From Acidobacteriota bacterium (GTDB taxonomy: Bacteria > Acidobacteriota > Blastocatellia > HR10): a stretch of DNA of 64,000 bases. How positions within the stretch are numbered: the stretch's first letter is position 1; each line of letters opens with the position of its first letter. The stretch lies in assembly GCA_030550025.1 (NCBI GenBank), contig JAUQQC010000002.1, positions 262,058 through 326,057 of the forward strand, read 5' to 3'. The notes under the pieces are model-generated. The model did not search any database, was not told where the DNA came from, and was given only the letters and a program-made list of their open reading frames with translations. Both the position numbers and the translations under genes were made by a program. Below, one piece after another: positions 33,237 to 42,274 of this stretch.

Positions 33237-36001
33237 GAGCATCCGGTCGTCCCGCCGCAATTGAAGCAGCGGTAACATGAACCGTTGCGCACCATGATGG
33301 CCCCGCAGTCCGGGCACACGGGGGCATCGGCCTGGTTCATGTACGTGTCGCGCGCGCTCAGGGCTCCTTGTCGCTCCTCGGCACTAGAGGAGCGTTCCAC
33401 TTCGGCGGCGAGCCGCGCGCGCACCTGAGGCGTCAGCACACCCAGCTGCGCTTGCGTCTCCGCATCCAGGAATTGCGAGGCGAGCCAACGGAAGATGTAG
33501 TCCACGAGCGATTTCGCCACGCGAATCTCCGGATTGGTCGTCACCCCCGAGGGTTCGAAGCGCATGTGGCTGAACTTCCGCACGAGGACTTCCAGAGGAA
33601 CGCCGTACTGCAGGGCGATGGAGATCGCCGTCGCAAAAGCATCCATCAGGCCGGAGATCGTGCTCCCTTCCTTGGCGACGGTGACGAAGATCTCCCCGGG
33701 ACTGCCGTCCTCGTACATGCCTACGGTGATATAGCCATCGTGGATCGATCCATCTTGCGTCGTGATCGTGAAATGATGCGTGATCGCCCGGCGGGTATCG
33801 GGCAATCGGCGCCGAATCGGACGATGCGACGCTCCAGAGGCCGTCGCCTCCGCGACTTTTCTCTCATCGGCCTGGGACTGAACGCGCTCCCTCTCGCCCG
33901 TCGAGAGCGGCTGCGCGCGTTTGGACCCATCGCGATAAATGGCGATGGCCTTGAGTCCCATCTTCCAGGCGTCAATGAAGAGCCGTTCGATCTCCTCGAC
34001 CGTGATGTCGTGCGGGAGATTACACGTCTTGCTGATCGCTCCACTCAAGAAAGGCTGCACGGCGGCCATCATCCGCACATGGCCCATGTAATGAATCGAA
34101 CGCCGCCCATTGGCCGGACGAAAGGCGCAATCGAAGACCGGCAGGTGCTCCTCCTTAAGATGCGGGGCGCCTTCGATCGTCCCGCGCTCCTCCAGATACG
34201 CCATGATCTCGCGGATCTGCCCTTCCTCGTAACCCAATCGCCGAAGGGCGCGTGGGACCGTTTGGTTGACGATCTTGATGACGCCGCCGCCAACGAGCTT
34301 CTTGTATTTGACCAAGGCGATGTCGGGCTCGATCCCCGTCGTATCGCAGTCCATCATGAACGAGATCGTCCCCGTTGGAGCGAGCACGGTCACCTGCGCA
34401 TTGCGATACCCGTAGAGTTCGCCCAGGCGAAGCGCTTCGTCCCAGACCTCCTCAGCCGCCGCCATCAAATCCGGAGGGATCAGTCGGCGGTCAATACGGG
34501 AGAGGCTCTCGCGATGCTTGCGCATGACGCGGAGCATGGGATCGCGATTGATTGCGAAACCAGCGAAGGGACCCATACGCTCGGCGATCAGCGCCGAGGT
34601 CAGATAGGCCTGTCCAGTCATCAAGGCCGTGATCGCTGCCGCATACGCCCGCCCCTCCTCGGAATCGTACGGGAGGCCGCGCGACATGAGGAGGGCGCCG
34701 AGATTGGCATAGCCCAAGCCGAGTTGCCGAAAGGCGATGGCATTGTGCGCGATCTTCGGCGTCGGGTAGCTCGAATTCCCGACGATGATCTCCTGCGCCA
34801 AGATCATGACCGAAACGGCGTGCCGAAATGCCTCGATATCGAACTCGCCATCCGGGCGGAGGAATCTCATCAGGTTGAGCGAGGCTAAGTTACAGGCGCT
34901 GTCGTCCAAGTGCATGTACTCCGAGCACGGGTTACTGGCATTGATTCGCCCGCTGTTCGGACAGGTGTGCCAGTCATTGATCGTCGTATCGAACTGCATT
35001 CCCGGATCGCCGCACTCCCAAGCCGCTTGCGCGATCTGGTGCAGGATCTCACGCGCGCGCAGCACCTCCACGACTTCTCCGGTCGTGACGGCGCGCAACG
35101 GCCATTCGCGATCCTCGAGCACCGCGCGCATGAACTCGTCCGTCACGCGGACGGAGTTGTTGGCGTTCTGATACTGGATCGAGATCCAACCTTCGGAATC
35201 GAGGGAAGACATGTCGTATCCCGCTTCAGCGAGCGCGTAGGCCTTCCGCTCTTCCTTCGCCTTGCACCAGATGAATTCGAGGATGTCGGGGTGATCCACA
35301 TTGAGCACGACCATCTTGGCCGCGCGCCGCGTCTTCCCCCCACTTTTGATCGTCCCGGCGATAGCGTCCGCACCGCGCATGAAGGAGACGGGGCCCGACG
35401 CCCTCCCCCCTTTGGAGAGGTACTCCTTCGAGGAGCGGAGCTTCGAGAGATTGATCCCCGATCCCGATCCGCCTTGGAAGATCTTGCCCTCGGTCTTGTA
35501 CCACTCCAGGATGGAATCCATGCTGTCCTCAATGGAAAGGATGAAGCAGGCCGAGCATTGCGGATGGGGCTCGACGCCCACGTTGAACCACACGGGGCTA
35601 TTGAACGAGGCCATTTGATGCAACAGGAGATAGGTCAGCTCAGCGCGGAAGGTCTCGGCAATCTCAAGAGCGGTGAAATAGCCGCCTTTGATCCCCCATT
35701 CTGTGAGCGTGTTGACGACGCGTCCAATCAATTGGCGTACGCTGGACTCTCGCTCGGGGGAGCCGAGCCGTCCGCGAAAATATTTCTGCGCGACGATGTC
35801 GGTCGCCAGCTGCGACCAGAAGGCCGGGAATTCCACATCCGTTTGTTCGAAGACGACCGAGCCATCGCTGCCGAGGATACGCGCCGTCCGTCGCTCCCAC
35901 GGGACTTCGTCGAAAGGATGTATGCCCGGACGCGTGAAGAACCGTTGGATCAGAGCACGATCGCCGAAGGACACAGGACTGATCTCTTCTCGCTTCTGCA
36001 T
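33233..36001 (-). CDS. nrdJ: Ribonucleoside-diphosphate/triphosphate reductase, adenosylcobalamin-dependent (class II)
   Basis: 922 aa; N-terminal ATP-cone-less class II architecture, active-site region NPCSEY..., C-terminal CPDCGAIMVRNGSCYRCFNCGGTTGCS zinc ribbon. Confidence 0.93.
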   Translation of the reverse strand: MQKREEISPVSFGDRALIQRFFTRPGIHPFDEVPWERRTARILGSDGSVVFEQTDVEFPAFWSQLATDIVAQKYFRGRLGSPERESSVRQLIGRVVNTLTEWGIKGGYFTALEIAETFRAELTYLLLHQMASFNSPVWFNVGVEPHPQCSACFILSIEDSMDSILEWYKTEGKIFQGGSGSGINLSKLRSSKEYLSKGGRASGPVSFMRGADAIAGTIKSGGKTRRAAKMVVLNVDHPDILEFIWCKAKEERKAYALAEAGYDMSSLDSEGWISIQYQNANNSVRVTDEFMRAVLEDREWPLRAVTTGEVVEVLRAREILHQIAQAAWECGDPGMQFDTTINDWHTCPNSGRINASNPCSEYMHLDDSACNLASLNLMRFLRPDGEFDIEAFRHAVSVMILAQEIIVGNSSYPTPKIAHNAIAFRQLGLGYANLGALLMSRGLPYDSEEGRAYAAAITALMTGQAYLTSALIAERMGPFAGFAINRDPMLRVMRKHRESLSRIDRRLIPPDLMAAAEEVWDEALRLGELYGYRNAQVTVLAPTGTISFMMDCDTTGIEPDIALVKYKKLVGGGVIKIVNQTVPRALRRLGYEEGQIREIMAYLEERGTIEGAPHLKEEHLPVFDCAFRPANGRRSIHYMGHVRMMAAVQPFLSGAISKTCNLPHDITVEEIERLFIDAWKMGLKAIAIYRDGSKRAQPLSTGERERVQSQADERKVAEATASGASHRPIRRRLPDTRRAITHHFTITTQDGSIHDGYITVGMYEDGSPGEIFVTVAKEGSTISGLMDAFATAISIALQYGVPLEVLVRKFSHMRFEPSGVTTNPEIRVAKSLVDYIFRWLASQFLDAETQAQLGVLTPQVRARLAAEVERSSSAEERQGALSARDTYMNQADAPVCPDCGAIMVRNGSCYRCFNCGGTTGCS

Positions 36002-36185
36002 AGGTCGTCCTCCTTACGTTGAGCGTATCTTCGCACCGCGGCCACCTGGCGCGCCCGAGGGCTCCCTCGCCCTCACCTCCGACTCCGGGGCTCTCACGGG
36101 AAAAAGCCCCCTCTTGATTTCACGCGCTCTCTTTGGCTGCGGCGACGCCGGTCGAACCGCTCACCAGCGTGACGGCCCCTAGTGT

Positions 36186-36234
36186 ATGCACAATATGCTG
36201 GCTTGTCAAGAGAAAAGATCACAAGATATTGTGG
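36186..36234 (-). promoter_or_regulatory. Two NrdR-box-like palindromes flanking a TTGACA -35 element upstream of nrdJ
   Basis: Minus strand reads CCACAATATCTTGTGA-tcttttctc-TTGACA-agccagCATATTGTGCA-TACACT; the first box is a near-perfect match to the NrdR consensus (acaCwAtATaTwGtgt), the second matches the right half-site; box centres ~32 bp apart. Confidence 0.5.
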
Positions 36235-36373
36235 TCTTGGCTAAGCGGCGCCGTCTCAAGGACATGCCCTCTTTGGCCGGCCTGTCGGCGTGGAGGCCCT
36301 CGATCGGCTTTACCGGGACTTGGGAGATCTGTCAGACTAAACCTTGGTTCTTCCGACGCTTGGAGCCTCGGGG

Positions 36374-38593
36374 ATGATGTGGCGGCTTTACGCAGCGGCG
36401 TTTGAGTTGTTGGAAAGCGCGTCCTCCACAGTGGGGCGCTCGCCACGGGCCACGCGCGGGTGGACGCTCAACGAGCTGGTACGACGGCTCTCCGCGAGCT
36501 TTCCCATGGCCCGGAAGCGCGAGATCGTCCGCCTCGTGCGGGAATTGGTGGCGTTGGGTGTGCTTCGTCGGCGAGGACGGCGGTACGTTCGCGTCCCGCA
36601 CGTCGCCTTTGTGGTCGGGACGTTGAAGCGGCCGCGGCGTGGATTGAGCCTCGTGACGCCGGAGGGGGAGATCGCCCAACGGAAGTACGGAGAGGTTCGC
36701 GTGCGCGAGTCGCAGGTGGGGACGGCCGGGCATGGAGATCGTGTGCTCGTGCGTGTCCTCGGGAGAAGTTCAAAGGGGGCATCCGAAGGGGTGTGGGAAG
36801 GGCGGGTCGAGAGAGTGCTCGAGCGCGTTCATGTGCTTGTGGTCGGCCGCTTCATGCGAACCCCCTACGTGGGGTACGTCATCCCCTTGGATGAACGATT
36901 CCCGTACGAGATCGAAGTGGCGCCGGAGGATTCCTTGGACGCCGAAGAGGGGCAGATCGTCGTCGTCGAACTGCTTCGTCCTTCTGCAGCGCATCATCCA
37001 CCGGTTGGACGGGTCATCGAAGTCCTCGGTCGAGATGGCGATCCTGGGCTGGATGAGGAGATCGTCATCCACAAGTATCGGTTGCCCGTTCGCTTCTCGG
37101 AGGCGGCGCGGCGCGAAGCCGCTGCGCTGCTTCCCATCGAGGGGGATGCGCATAAGCGGCGGGATCTCCGCGGATGGCTGACTGTGACCATTGATGGCGA
37201 ATCCGCCCGCGATTTCGACGATGCGGTGAGCATCGAGCGTCTGCCGGACGGCTCGTATGTGTTAGGCGTTCACATCGCCGACGTGAGCCATTACGTGCTG
37301 GAGGGGAGCGCGCTCGATGCGGAGGCGTATGAGCGCGGCACATCCGTGTATTTCCCGGAGCGCGTCCTGCCGATGCTACCGGAGGCGCTCTCGGAGGACC
37401 TCTGCTCGCTCAAGCCTGGAGTGGATCGCCTCGCGCTCTCCGTCCTGATGAAGCTCGATCGGCGTGGGGAGCTTCTCGCCTACGAGTTATGCGAGAGCGT
37501 AATTCGGAGTCGAGCCCGGTTGACCTATACCTTCGTCAACGAGGCGCTCGCCGGACGCGCCCGATCCCTTTCGGGCGTCGTCTCCATGCTCGATGAAGAC
37601 CTCCTCCCACGTCTTCTCGGCGCGCTGAGGGCGATGGCCGAACTCGCGCCAATCCTCATCGCGCGACGTCAGGAGCGCGGAGCCATCGACTTCGATCTCC
37701 CGGAGCCGGTCGTGCTCTTCGACGACGAAGGGCGAATCGGCGGGATCGTGCGCGCGGAGCGAAACCTCGCGCATCGCATGATCGAGGAGTTCATGATCCT
37801 AGCGAATGAGACGGTCGCGCGGCACCTCACCGAGCGCAACGTGCCGATGATCTATCGCGTGCACGAGCCTCCGGAGGAAGAGCGCGTGAGGGAATTCCTA
37901 GCCTTGGTGAGAGCACTTGGGGTCTCGATCCCGCGCCGTGGCCTTCGCGAAGCGCGGGATTTTCAACAGCTCGTCCGTCAATTCGCCGGTCGGCGTGAAG
38001 GCGGTGTCCTTTCGCTCCTGCTCTTACGCTCGTTCCGACCGGCCGTCTACACGACGGTGAATCGAGGCCATTTCGGACTGGCGCTAGAATGTTATACGCA
38101 CTTCACGTCGCCCATCCGCCGCTATCCGGATGTGATCGTCCATCGCGCGCTGCGCCGCCTCCTTCGCCGGCCGCGATCCGCGCCTCGAGTGAGGGGGACC
38201 AAGACCTTGGAGCGAATCGCCGAGCATTGCACCGAGCGCGAGCGGCTGGCCGATGAGGCCGAACGCGAGGTCATCGCCTGGAAGCGCGCCCGCTTCATGG
38301 CCGAACGCATTGGTCAAGAGTACGAAGGACTCATCGTCGGCGTGAAGGACTATGGGTTTTACGTGGAGCTGGAAGACGTCTTCGTGGAGGGCTTGGTGCA
38401 TATCTCGACGCTCACGGACGATTGGTATGTCTTCGACCCGCAGCGGCACGCGCTCATTGGAAGGCATCGGCGGCGACAGTTCCGCTTGGGAGATATCGTC
38501 CGCGTGCGCGTCGCGCGCGTGGATGTGGATCATCGTTTGGTGGAATTCGTCCTCGTGGGCTTGCCGGAGCCGAGACGACGGAGGTCCTCATGA
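36374..38593 (+). CDS. rnr: Ribonuclease R
   Basis: RNB catalytic-domain motifs (RDLRGWLTVTIDGESARDFDDAVS, HFGLALECYTHFTSPIRRYPD) and C-terminal S1 domain (YEGLIVGVKDYGFYVEL); start ATG 36374/36377. Confidence 0.9.
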   Translation: MMWRLYAAAFELLESASSTVGRSPRATRGWTLNELVRRLSASFPMARKREIVRLVRELVALGVLRRRGRRYVRVPHVAFVVGTLKRPRRGLSLVTPEGEIAQRKYGEVRVRESQVGTAGHGDRVLVRVLGRSSKGASEGVWEGRVERVLERVHVLVVGRFMRTPYVGYVIPLDERFPYEIEVAPEDSLDAEEGQIVVVELLRPSAAHHPPVGRVIEVLGRDGDPGLDEEIVIHKYRLPVRFSEAARREAAALLPIEGDAHKRRDLRGWLTVTIDGESARDFDDAVSIERLPDGSYVLGVHIADVSHYVLEGSALDAEAYERGTSVYFPERVLPMLPEALSEDLCSLKPGVDRLALSVLMKLDRRGELLAYELCESVIRSRARLTYTFVNEALAGRARSLSGVVSMLDEDLLPRLLGALRAMAELAPILIARRQERGAIDFDLPEPVVLFDDEGRIGGIVRAERNLAHRMIEEFMILANETVARHLTERNVPMIYRVHEPPEEERVREFLALVRALGVSIPRRGLREARDFQQLVRQFAGRREGGVLSLLLLRSFRPAVYTTVNRGHFGLALECYTHFTSPIRRYPDVIVHRALRRLLRRPRSAPRVRGTKTLERIAEHCTERERLADEAEREVIAWKRARFMAERIGQEYEGLIVGVKDYGFYVELEDVFVEGLVHISTLTDDWYVFDPQRHALIGRHRRRQFRLGDIVRVRVARVDVDHRLVEFVLVGLPEPRRRRSS

Positions 38594-39165
38594 GCCGGAG
38601 GCGAGAGCGCGCTATGTCGAAAGGTTCGGCGATCGCTGCTGAGGAGCGAGCGCCACGCGCTCGAAAGCCATCGCGGGAGCCCGCTTCGCGGAAGGATTCT
38701 GCCCTTCGGGTCTTCGCCGTTCGATGGCTCCCCGCACTGTTGTGGACTGGCGTGGTGTTGGGCTTTTCGTCGGAGGCATTTGCGGCGACGCAGACATCGC
38801 GCCTATTGTTGCCGCTGTTGCGCTGGATGCTCCCTGCGGCTGATCCCGAGGTGCTCGATGCGCTTCATCTGGGGATCCGCAAGCTCGCTCATGCGGTCGA
38901 GTACGCGATCCTGGCGGCGCTCTTCATCCGCGCCTGGAGCGGACGATTGGGCATCGAAGGTGCTCGCGACGTCGGGCGCACGCTGCTGTTGGTCGCCGTC
39001 GTGGCTGCTGTGGATGAATATCGGCAGAGCCTCTCGACGATGCGGACCGGTTCGCTCCGCGATTGGGGAATAGATCTCGGAGGCGCGCTCTTGCTCATCG
39101 TCGTCCTGTGGATGTGGGGGCGAGCGACCGGGACGCCGCGTGGTGGAAGGAGCGAACGGAGTTGA
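38590..39165 (+). CDS. VanZ-like family membrane protein
   Basis: Four TM segments with HLGIRKLAHAVEYAILAALF motif typical of VanZ-like proteins; ATG overlaps the rnr stop (ATGA) with GGAGG 8 nt upstream. Confidence 0.55.
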   Translation: MSRRRERAMSKGSAIAAEERAPRARKPSREPASRKDSALRVFAVRWLPALLWTGVVLGFSSEAFAATQTSRLLLPLLRWMLPAADPEVLDALHLGIRKLAHAVEYAILAALFIRAWSGRLGIEGARDVGRTLLLVAVVAAVDEYRQSLSTMRTGSLRDWGIDLGGALLLIVVLWMWGRATGTPRGGRSERS

Positions 39166-39295
39166 CCTATAATGAAGCCGTGCAGATCGGAAGAAGAACG
39201 AGCGCCTCAAACGGCACCCCAGGCCTTGCGGGATGGGGATCGCGCCTTGCGTGTACCGCGCTCGTAGTGAGCGATGGGCCTTCGAGAGGGGGACG

Positions 39296-40072
39296 ATGAC
39301 GCTCGAGTTGCGCGAGATCAATGAGATGCAAACGGACAAATGGGTCCGGGATTCGACGCGGCGTCAAATCCTCGATCTGCTCAAGCGGCGCGGCCGCGCG
39401 ACGGTCGAGGAGATGGCGGCGGCATTGAACATCACGCCGATGGGCGTGCGGCGCCATTTGCTGGCTTTGGAGAACGCCGATCTGGTGCGGATTGAGATCG
39501 AGCGTCGTCCGATGGGGCGCCCGACCTACGTCTATAAGCTCACGGAAGAGGCGGAGGCGCTCTTCCCGAAAGGGTATCATCAGCTCGTCCTGAACCTGCT
39601 CGAATGCCTCGCCGCCCGTGAAGGGATGGGGCGTGTGGACGAGCTGTTCGAGCACCGCAAGGAACGATTGATCGCCACGTATGCGCCGCGCCTTGAGGGG
39701 AAGACGCTCGAAGAGCGCGTGGCCGAGATCGCGCGCATCATGAGCGAGAACGGCTACATGGCGCGTTGGCAGAAGACGGAGAGAGGGTACGTGCTCACCG
39801 AGCACAACTGCGCCCTCTATCACGTCGCGCGCGTCTATCCGCAACCGTGTCAGACGGAGTTGGCCTTCCTTCGGGAACTGCTCGGCGTCGAAGTGACGCG
39901 TATCAATCACATCGCTAGCGGGGGGACCTGTTGCTCGTACGTCATCCACGAATCGGCTCCGATCCCCTTACGTCGGAGGTCGGCGCCTTCGGAGGGCGAG
40001 CGTCGGCGCGAGGCGTCTGAGGCTCGCCAGCGTCGGGCTGCTTCCTCTAAGGCGAAACGTCGTTCTCGGTGA
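39296..40072 (+). CDS. Winged helix-turn-helix transcriptional regulator (ArsR/MarR-like N-terminal domain plus a C-terminal domain of unknown function)
   Basis: RRQILDLLKRRGRATVEEMAAALNITPMGVRRHLLALENADLV is a wHTH; C-terminal Cys-containing domain (HNCALYH...PQPCQTE...GGTCCSY); RBS GAGAGGGGGACG; the antisense ORF 39167..39949 is rejected. Confidence 0.6.
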   Translation: MTLELREINEMQTDKWVRDSTRRQILDLLKRRGRATVEEMAAALNITPMGVRRHLLALENADLVRIEIERRPMGRPTYVYKLTEEAEALFPKGYHQLVLNLLECLAAREGMGRVDELFEHRKERLIATYAPRLEGKTLEERVAEIARIMSENGYMARWQKTERGYVLTEHNCALYHVARVYPQPCQTELAFLRELLGVEVTRINHIASGGTCCSYVIHESAPIPLRRRSAPSEGERRREASEARQRRAASSKAKRRSR

Positions 40073-41291
40073 GGAGCGCAGTGATCTGATGGCGCGCGCG
40101 TTCGGCGATGGTCTCCCAGCTATACTCGCGTCGGGCGCGCTCGTATCCACCGCGGGCCAGCCGTTGACGTGCGGCCGTGTCGCGCAGCAGATGGATGACG
40201 GCCTGTGCGAACTCGTTCGGAGCATCGGCGATCCACACCTCTTCGCCGTGCGCGGCGCGAATCCCCTCAGCCCCTTTGCTCGTGGAGACGACGGCGATCC
40301 CATGAGCCCACGCATCGAGGATTTTCATCCGCGTCCCCCCTCCGTGGAGCAAGGGGACGACCATGAGCGCCCATTGTCGAAGGCATGGGGTGATGTCCGA
40401 TACCTCGCCGACTACGAGCAGATGCGCATCGGCGCGCGCGCGCCGCAACAGCCAGGTGCTCGGTCGCCCGATGACCATCAGGCGCACGTCCGGCACGGCC
40501 TCTCGAATCGCGGGCCAGATGCGATCCAGGAAGAACCGCATCCCGCTCTCATTCGGGGGATAGTTCAAGGAGCCGAGGAAACCGAGGATCGGAGGTCCGG
40601 TCGCGTTCTCAGAGAGGGCTTCTCTTGGGAGGGGGATCGTCCCATTCGGGATCACCTGAACGCGAGCCGATGGCGCGAGAGCGCGAGCGCGCTCGGCATC
40701 GGTCTCAGAGACGACCCAGACCAGATCGGCGAGCCGCAGATACGTCCGCTCCTGCTCAAGCGCCGAGCGCCAGAAGCGATAGGCCGCCGGCTTGTGCCAG
40801 AACTTCGGCGGATGCTCGTAATACTGGCGCCAGAGATCGGATTCGATATTGTGACAATCGAGGATGATCCGAGCTCGCGGCTGCATCTCCCGCACCAGCG
40901 GGATATAATGCGCGATCCAGGAATGTTCCAGGACGACGATGTCATAGGTCTCGTGGTGGAGGCTGCGCTCCACGGCCGCGCGCACGGAGGCTTCGGAGAA
41001 GCGATCGATCAAGGGATTGACCCCTTGCGCGACGCGTCGGAGATTCCGAGCGAGGAAGGGGAGGAGTCGTCGCGGGTGCTCAGGCAGGCGAACGATGTGC
41101 ACGTATCGACACATCGCCTGCACAAGTCGCGACGCTTCGGCCTCCGGGCACTCGGAGAACGTGATCAAGTCCACCATGCCGAGGCGAGCGAGGGCCTCGA
41201 GCAGATGAAACGTCCGCTTCTTCCCTCCGCTGGTCGGCGGAGCGGGGAATTCCGGCGAGATCAAGGCGAGGCGAATGGCATCGCTTCCCAT
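40047..41291 (-). CDS. Glycosyltransferase family 4
   Basis: IRLALISPEFPAPPTSGGKKRTFHLLEAL N-terminus and C-terminal GT4 nucleotide-binding domain; start at M32 of the ORF. Confidence 0.8.
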   Translation of the reverse strand: MGSDAIRLALISPEFPAPPTSGGKKRTFHLLEALARLGMVDLITFSECPEAEASRLVQAMCRYVHIVRLPEHPRRLLPFLARNLRRVAQGVNPLIDRFSEASVRAAVERSLHHETYDIVVLEHSWIAHYIPLVREMQPRARIILDCHNIESDLWRQYYEHPPKFWHKPAAYRFWRSALEQERTYLRLADLVWVVSETDAERARALAPSARVQVIPNGTIPLPREALSENATGPPILGFLGSLNYPPNESGMRFFLDRIWPAIREAVPDVRLMVIGRPSTWLLRRARADAHLLVVGEVSDITPCLRQWALMVVPLLHGGGTRMKILDAWAHGIAVVSTSKGAEGIRAAHGEEVWIADAPNEFAQAVIHLLRDTAARQRLARGGYERARREYSWETIAERARHQITALLTENDVSP

Positions 41292-41325
41292 CGTTTCGGT
41301 CGCCGCTTCAAAAGCGCGCACTCGG

Positions 41326-42264
41326 TCACTGCGTGCGGAGCAGCTCTTCGACCTCCGCGAGCGTCGGTAGACCGCCACGAGCACCCACGCCCCGACAGTT
41401 CAATCCGGCGACGGCGTTGGCGAAGCGCAGCGTCTCGGTGACGCTCATGCCCTTCAGGAGCCCGTAGATGAAGCCACCGCGGAAGGCATCCCCCGCACCC
41501 GTCGTATCCCGACACGGGACGCGAAAGGCCGGCGAGTGGATGAAGACGCCGTGGTAGTAAGCGATGGCACCCTGATCGCCGAGCGTGATGGCCACGAAAT
41601 GATTTTTGTACCGTTGCTTGAGCGTGCGCAGGGCTTCTTCCGGCTCGGTGATCCCCAGGAACCGCTTCGGGAATTCGGCCGACGTGATGAGATAATCCAC
41701 AAGCGGCAGCAATTCCTCGACATCCGGATAGAAGGTGTCCAGGTCAATGACGACGGGAATGCCATCCTCGCGAGCCCAGCGAGCGGCTTGAACGGCGGCG
41801 GCAACATCGTGGCCATCCAGGTGAAGGACGCGCCCTGAGGTGATCGCTTCGCGGTTCAACTCGTCCGGGCTCATGACCAGGCGGGGATCGCGCCCCCAGA
41901 TGATCGTCCGTTCGCCGCTCCGTTCATCAATGAGGATGAAGGCCAGTTGACTCGTGGCGCCTGGGACGATCTTCACCTGAGAGTGCTCCACGCCGGCCTC
42001 GGCGAGCGAATGCAGCTGCAGCCGTCCGAACTCATCATCGCCGACCTTCCCGATATATCGCGTGCGGCAGCCCAATCGCGCCAAGGCGACCATCGCCGTA
42101 GCCACTTGTCCGCCCGGACGCACGACGTGTTCGCGCAGTTGCACCTTCGTATTGAACGCCGGATACTGCGGGACGGTGATCAAATAATCCACGGCGTTCA
42201 GACCGAAGCCGACGGCGTCGAAGGGCTTGCCCTCAGGGAGCCGATGCTCGAAATCGTCATGCAT
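41326..42264 (-). CDS. PfkB-family carbohydrate kinase (ribokinase-like)
   Basis: GFGLNAVDYLITV (N-terminal GG motif) and DTTGAGDAFRGGFIYGLL (PfkB signature 2). Confidence 0.8.
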   Translation of the reverse strand: MHDDFEHRLPEGKPFDAVGFGLNAVDYLITVPQYPAFNTKVQLREHVVRPGGQVATAMVALARLGCRTRYIGKVGDDEFGRLQLHSLAEAGVEHSQVKIVPGATSQLAFILIDERSGERTIIWGRDPRLVMSPDELNREAITSGRVLHLDGHDVAAAVQAARWAREDGIPVVIDLDTFYPDVEELLPLVDYLITSAEFPKRFLGITEPEEALRTLKQRYKNHFVAITLGDQGAIAYYHGVFIHSPAFRVPCRDTTGAGDAFRGGFIYGLLKGMSVTETLRFANAVAGLNCRGVGARGGLPTLAEVEELLRTQ

Positions 42265-42274
42265 GGTATGCGCG

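Noticed and set aside
33368-34888. 506-aa plus-strand ORF antisense to nrdJ (also 34910..36022)
   Set aside because: Antisense to an unambiguous 922-aa class II RNR. Composition is typical of noise.
36002-36180. Cobalamin riboswitch in the nrdJ 5' UTR
   Set aside because: No recognisable B12 box. Class II RNRs use B12 as a cofactor but are not typically B12-riboswitch controlled. NrdR boxes explain the regulatory region better.
39167-39949. 260-aa minus-strand ORF opposite the wHTH regulator gene
   Set aside because: Arg/His/Pro/Leu-rich composition typical of antisense frames in high-GC DNA. The plus-strand ORF has a clear wHTH domain and a strong RBS, so this is a shadow ORF.
40089-41441. 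450-aa plus-strand ORF covering the same DNA as the minus-strand GT4 gene
   Set aside because: Low-complexity, Arg/Gly/Asp-rich with no recognisable motifs. The opposite strand encodes a GT4 with canonical motifs. High-GC shadow ORF.
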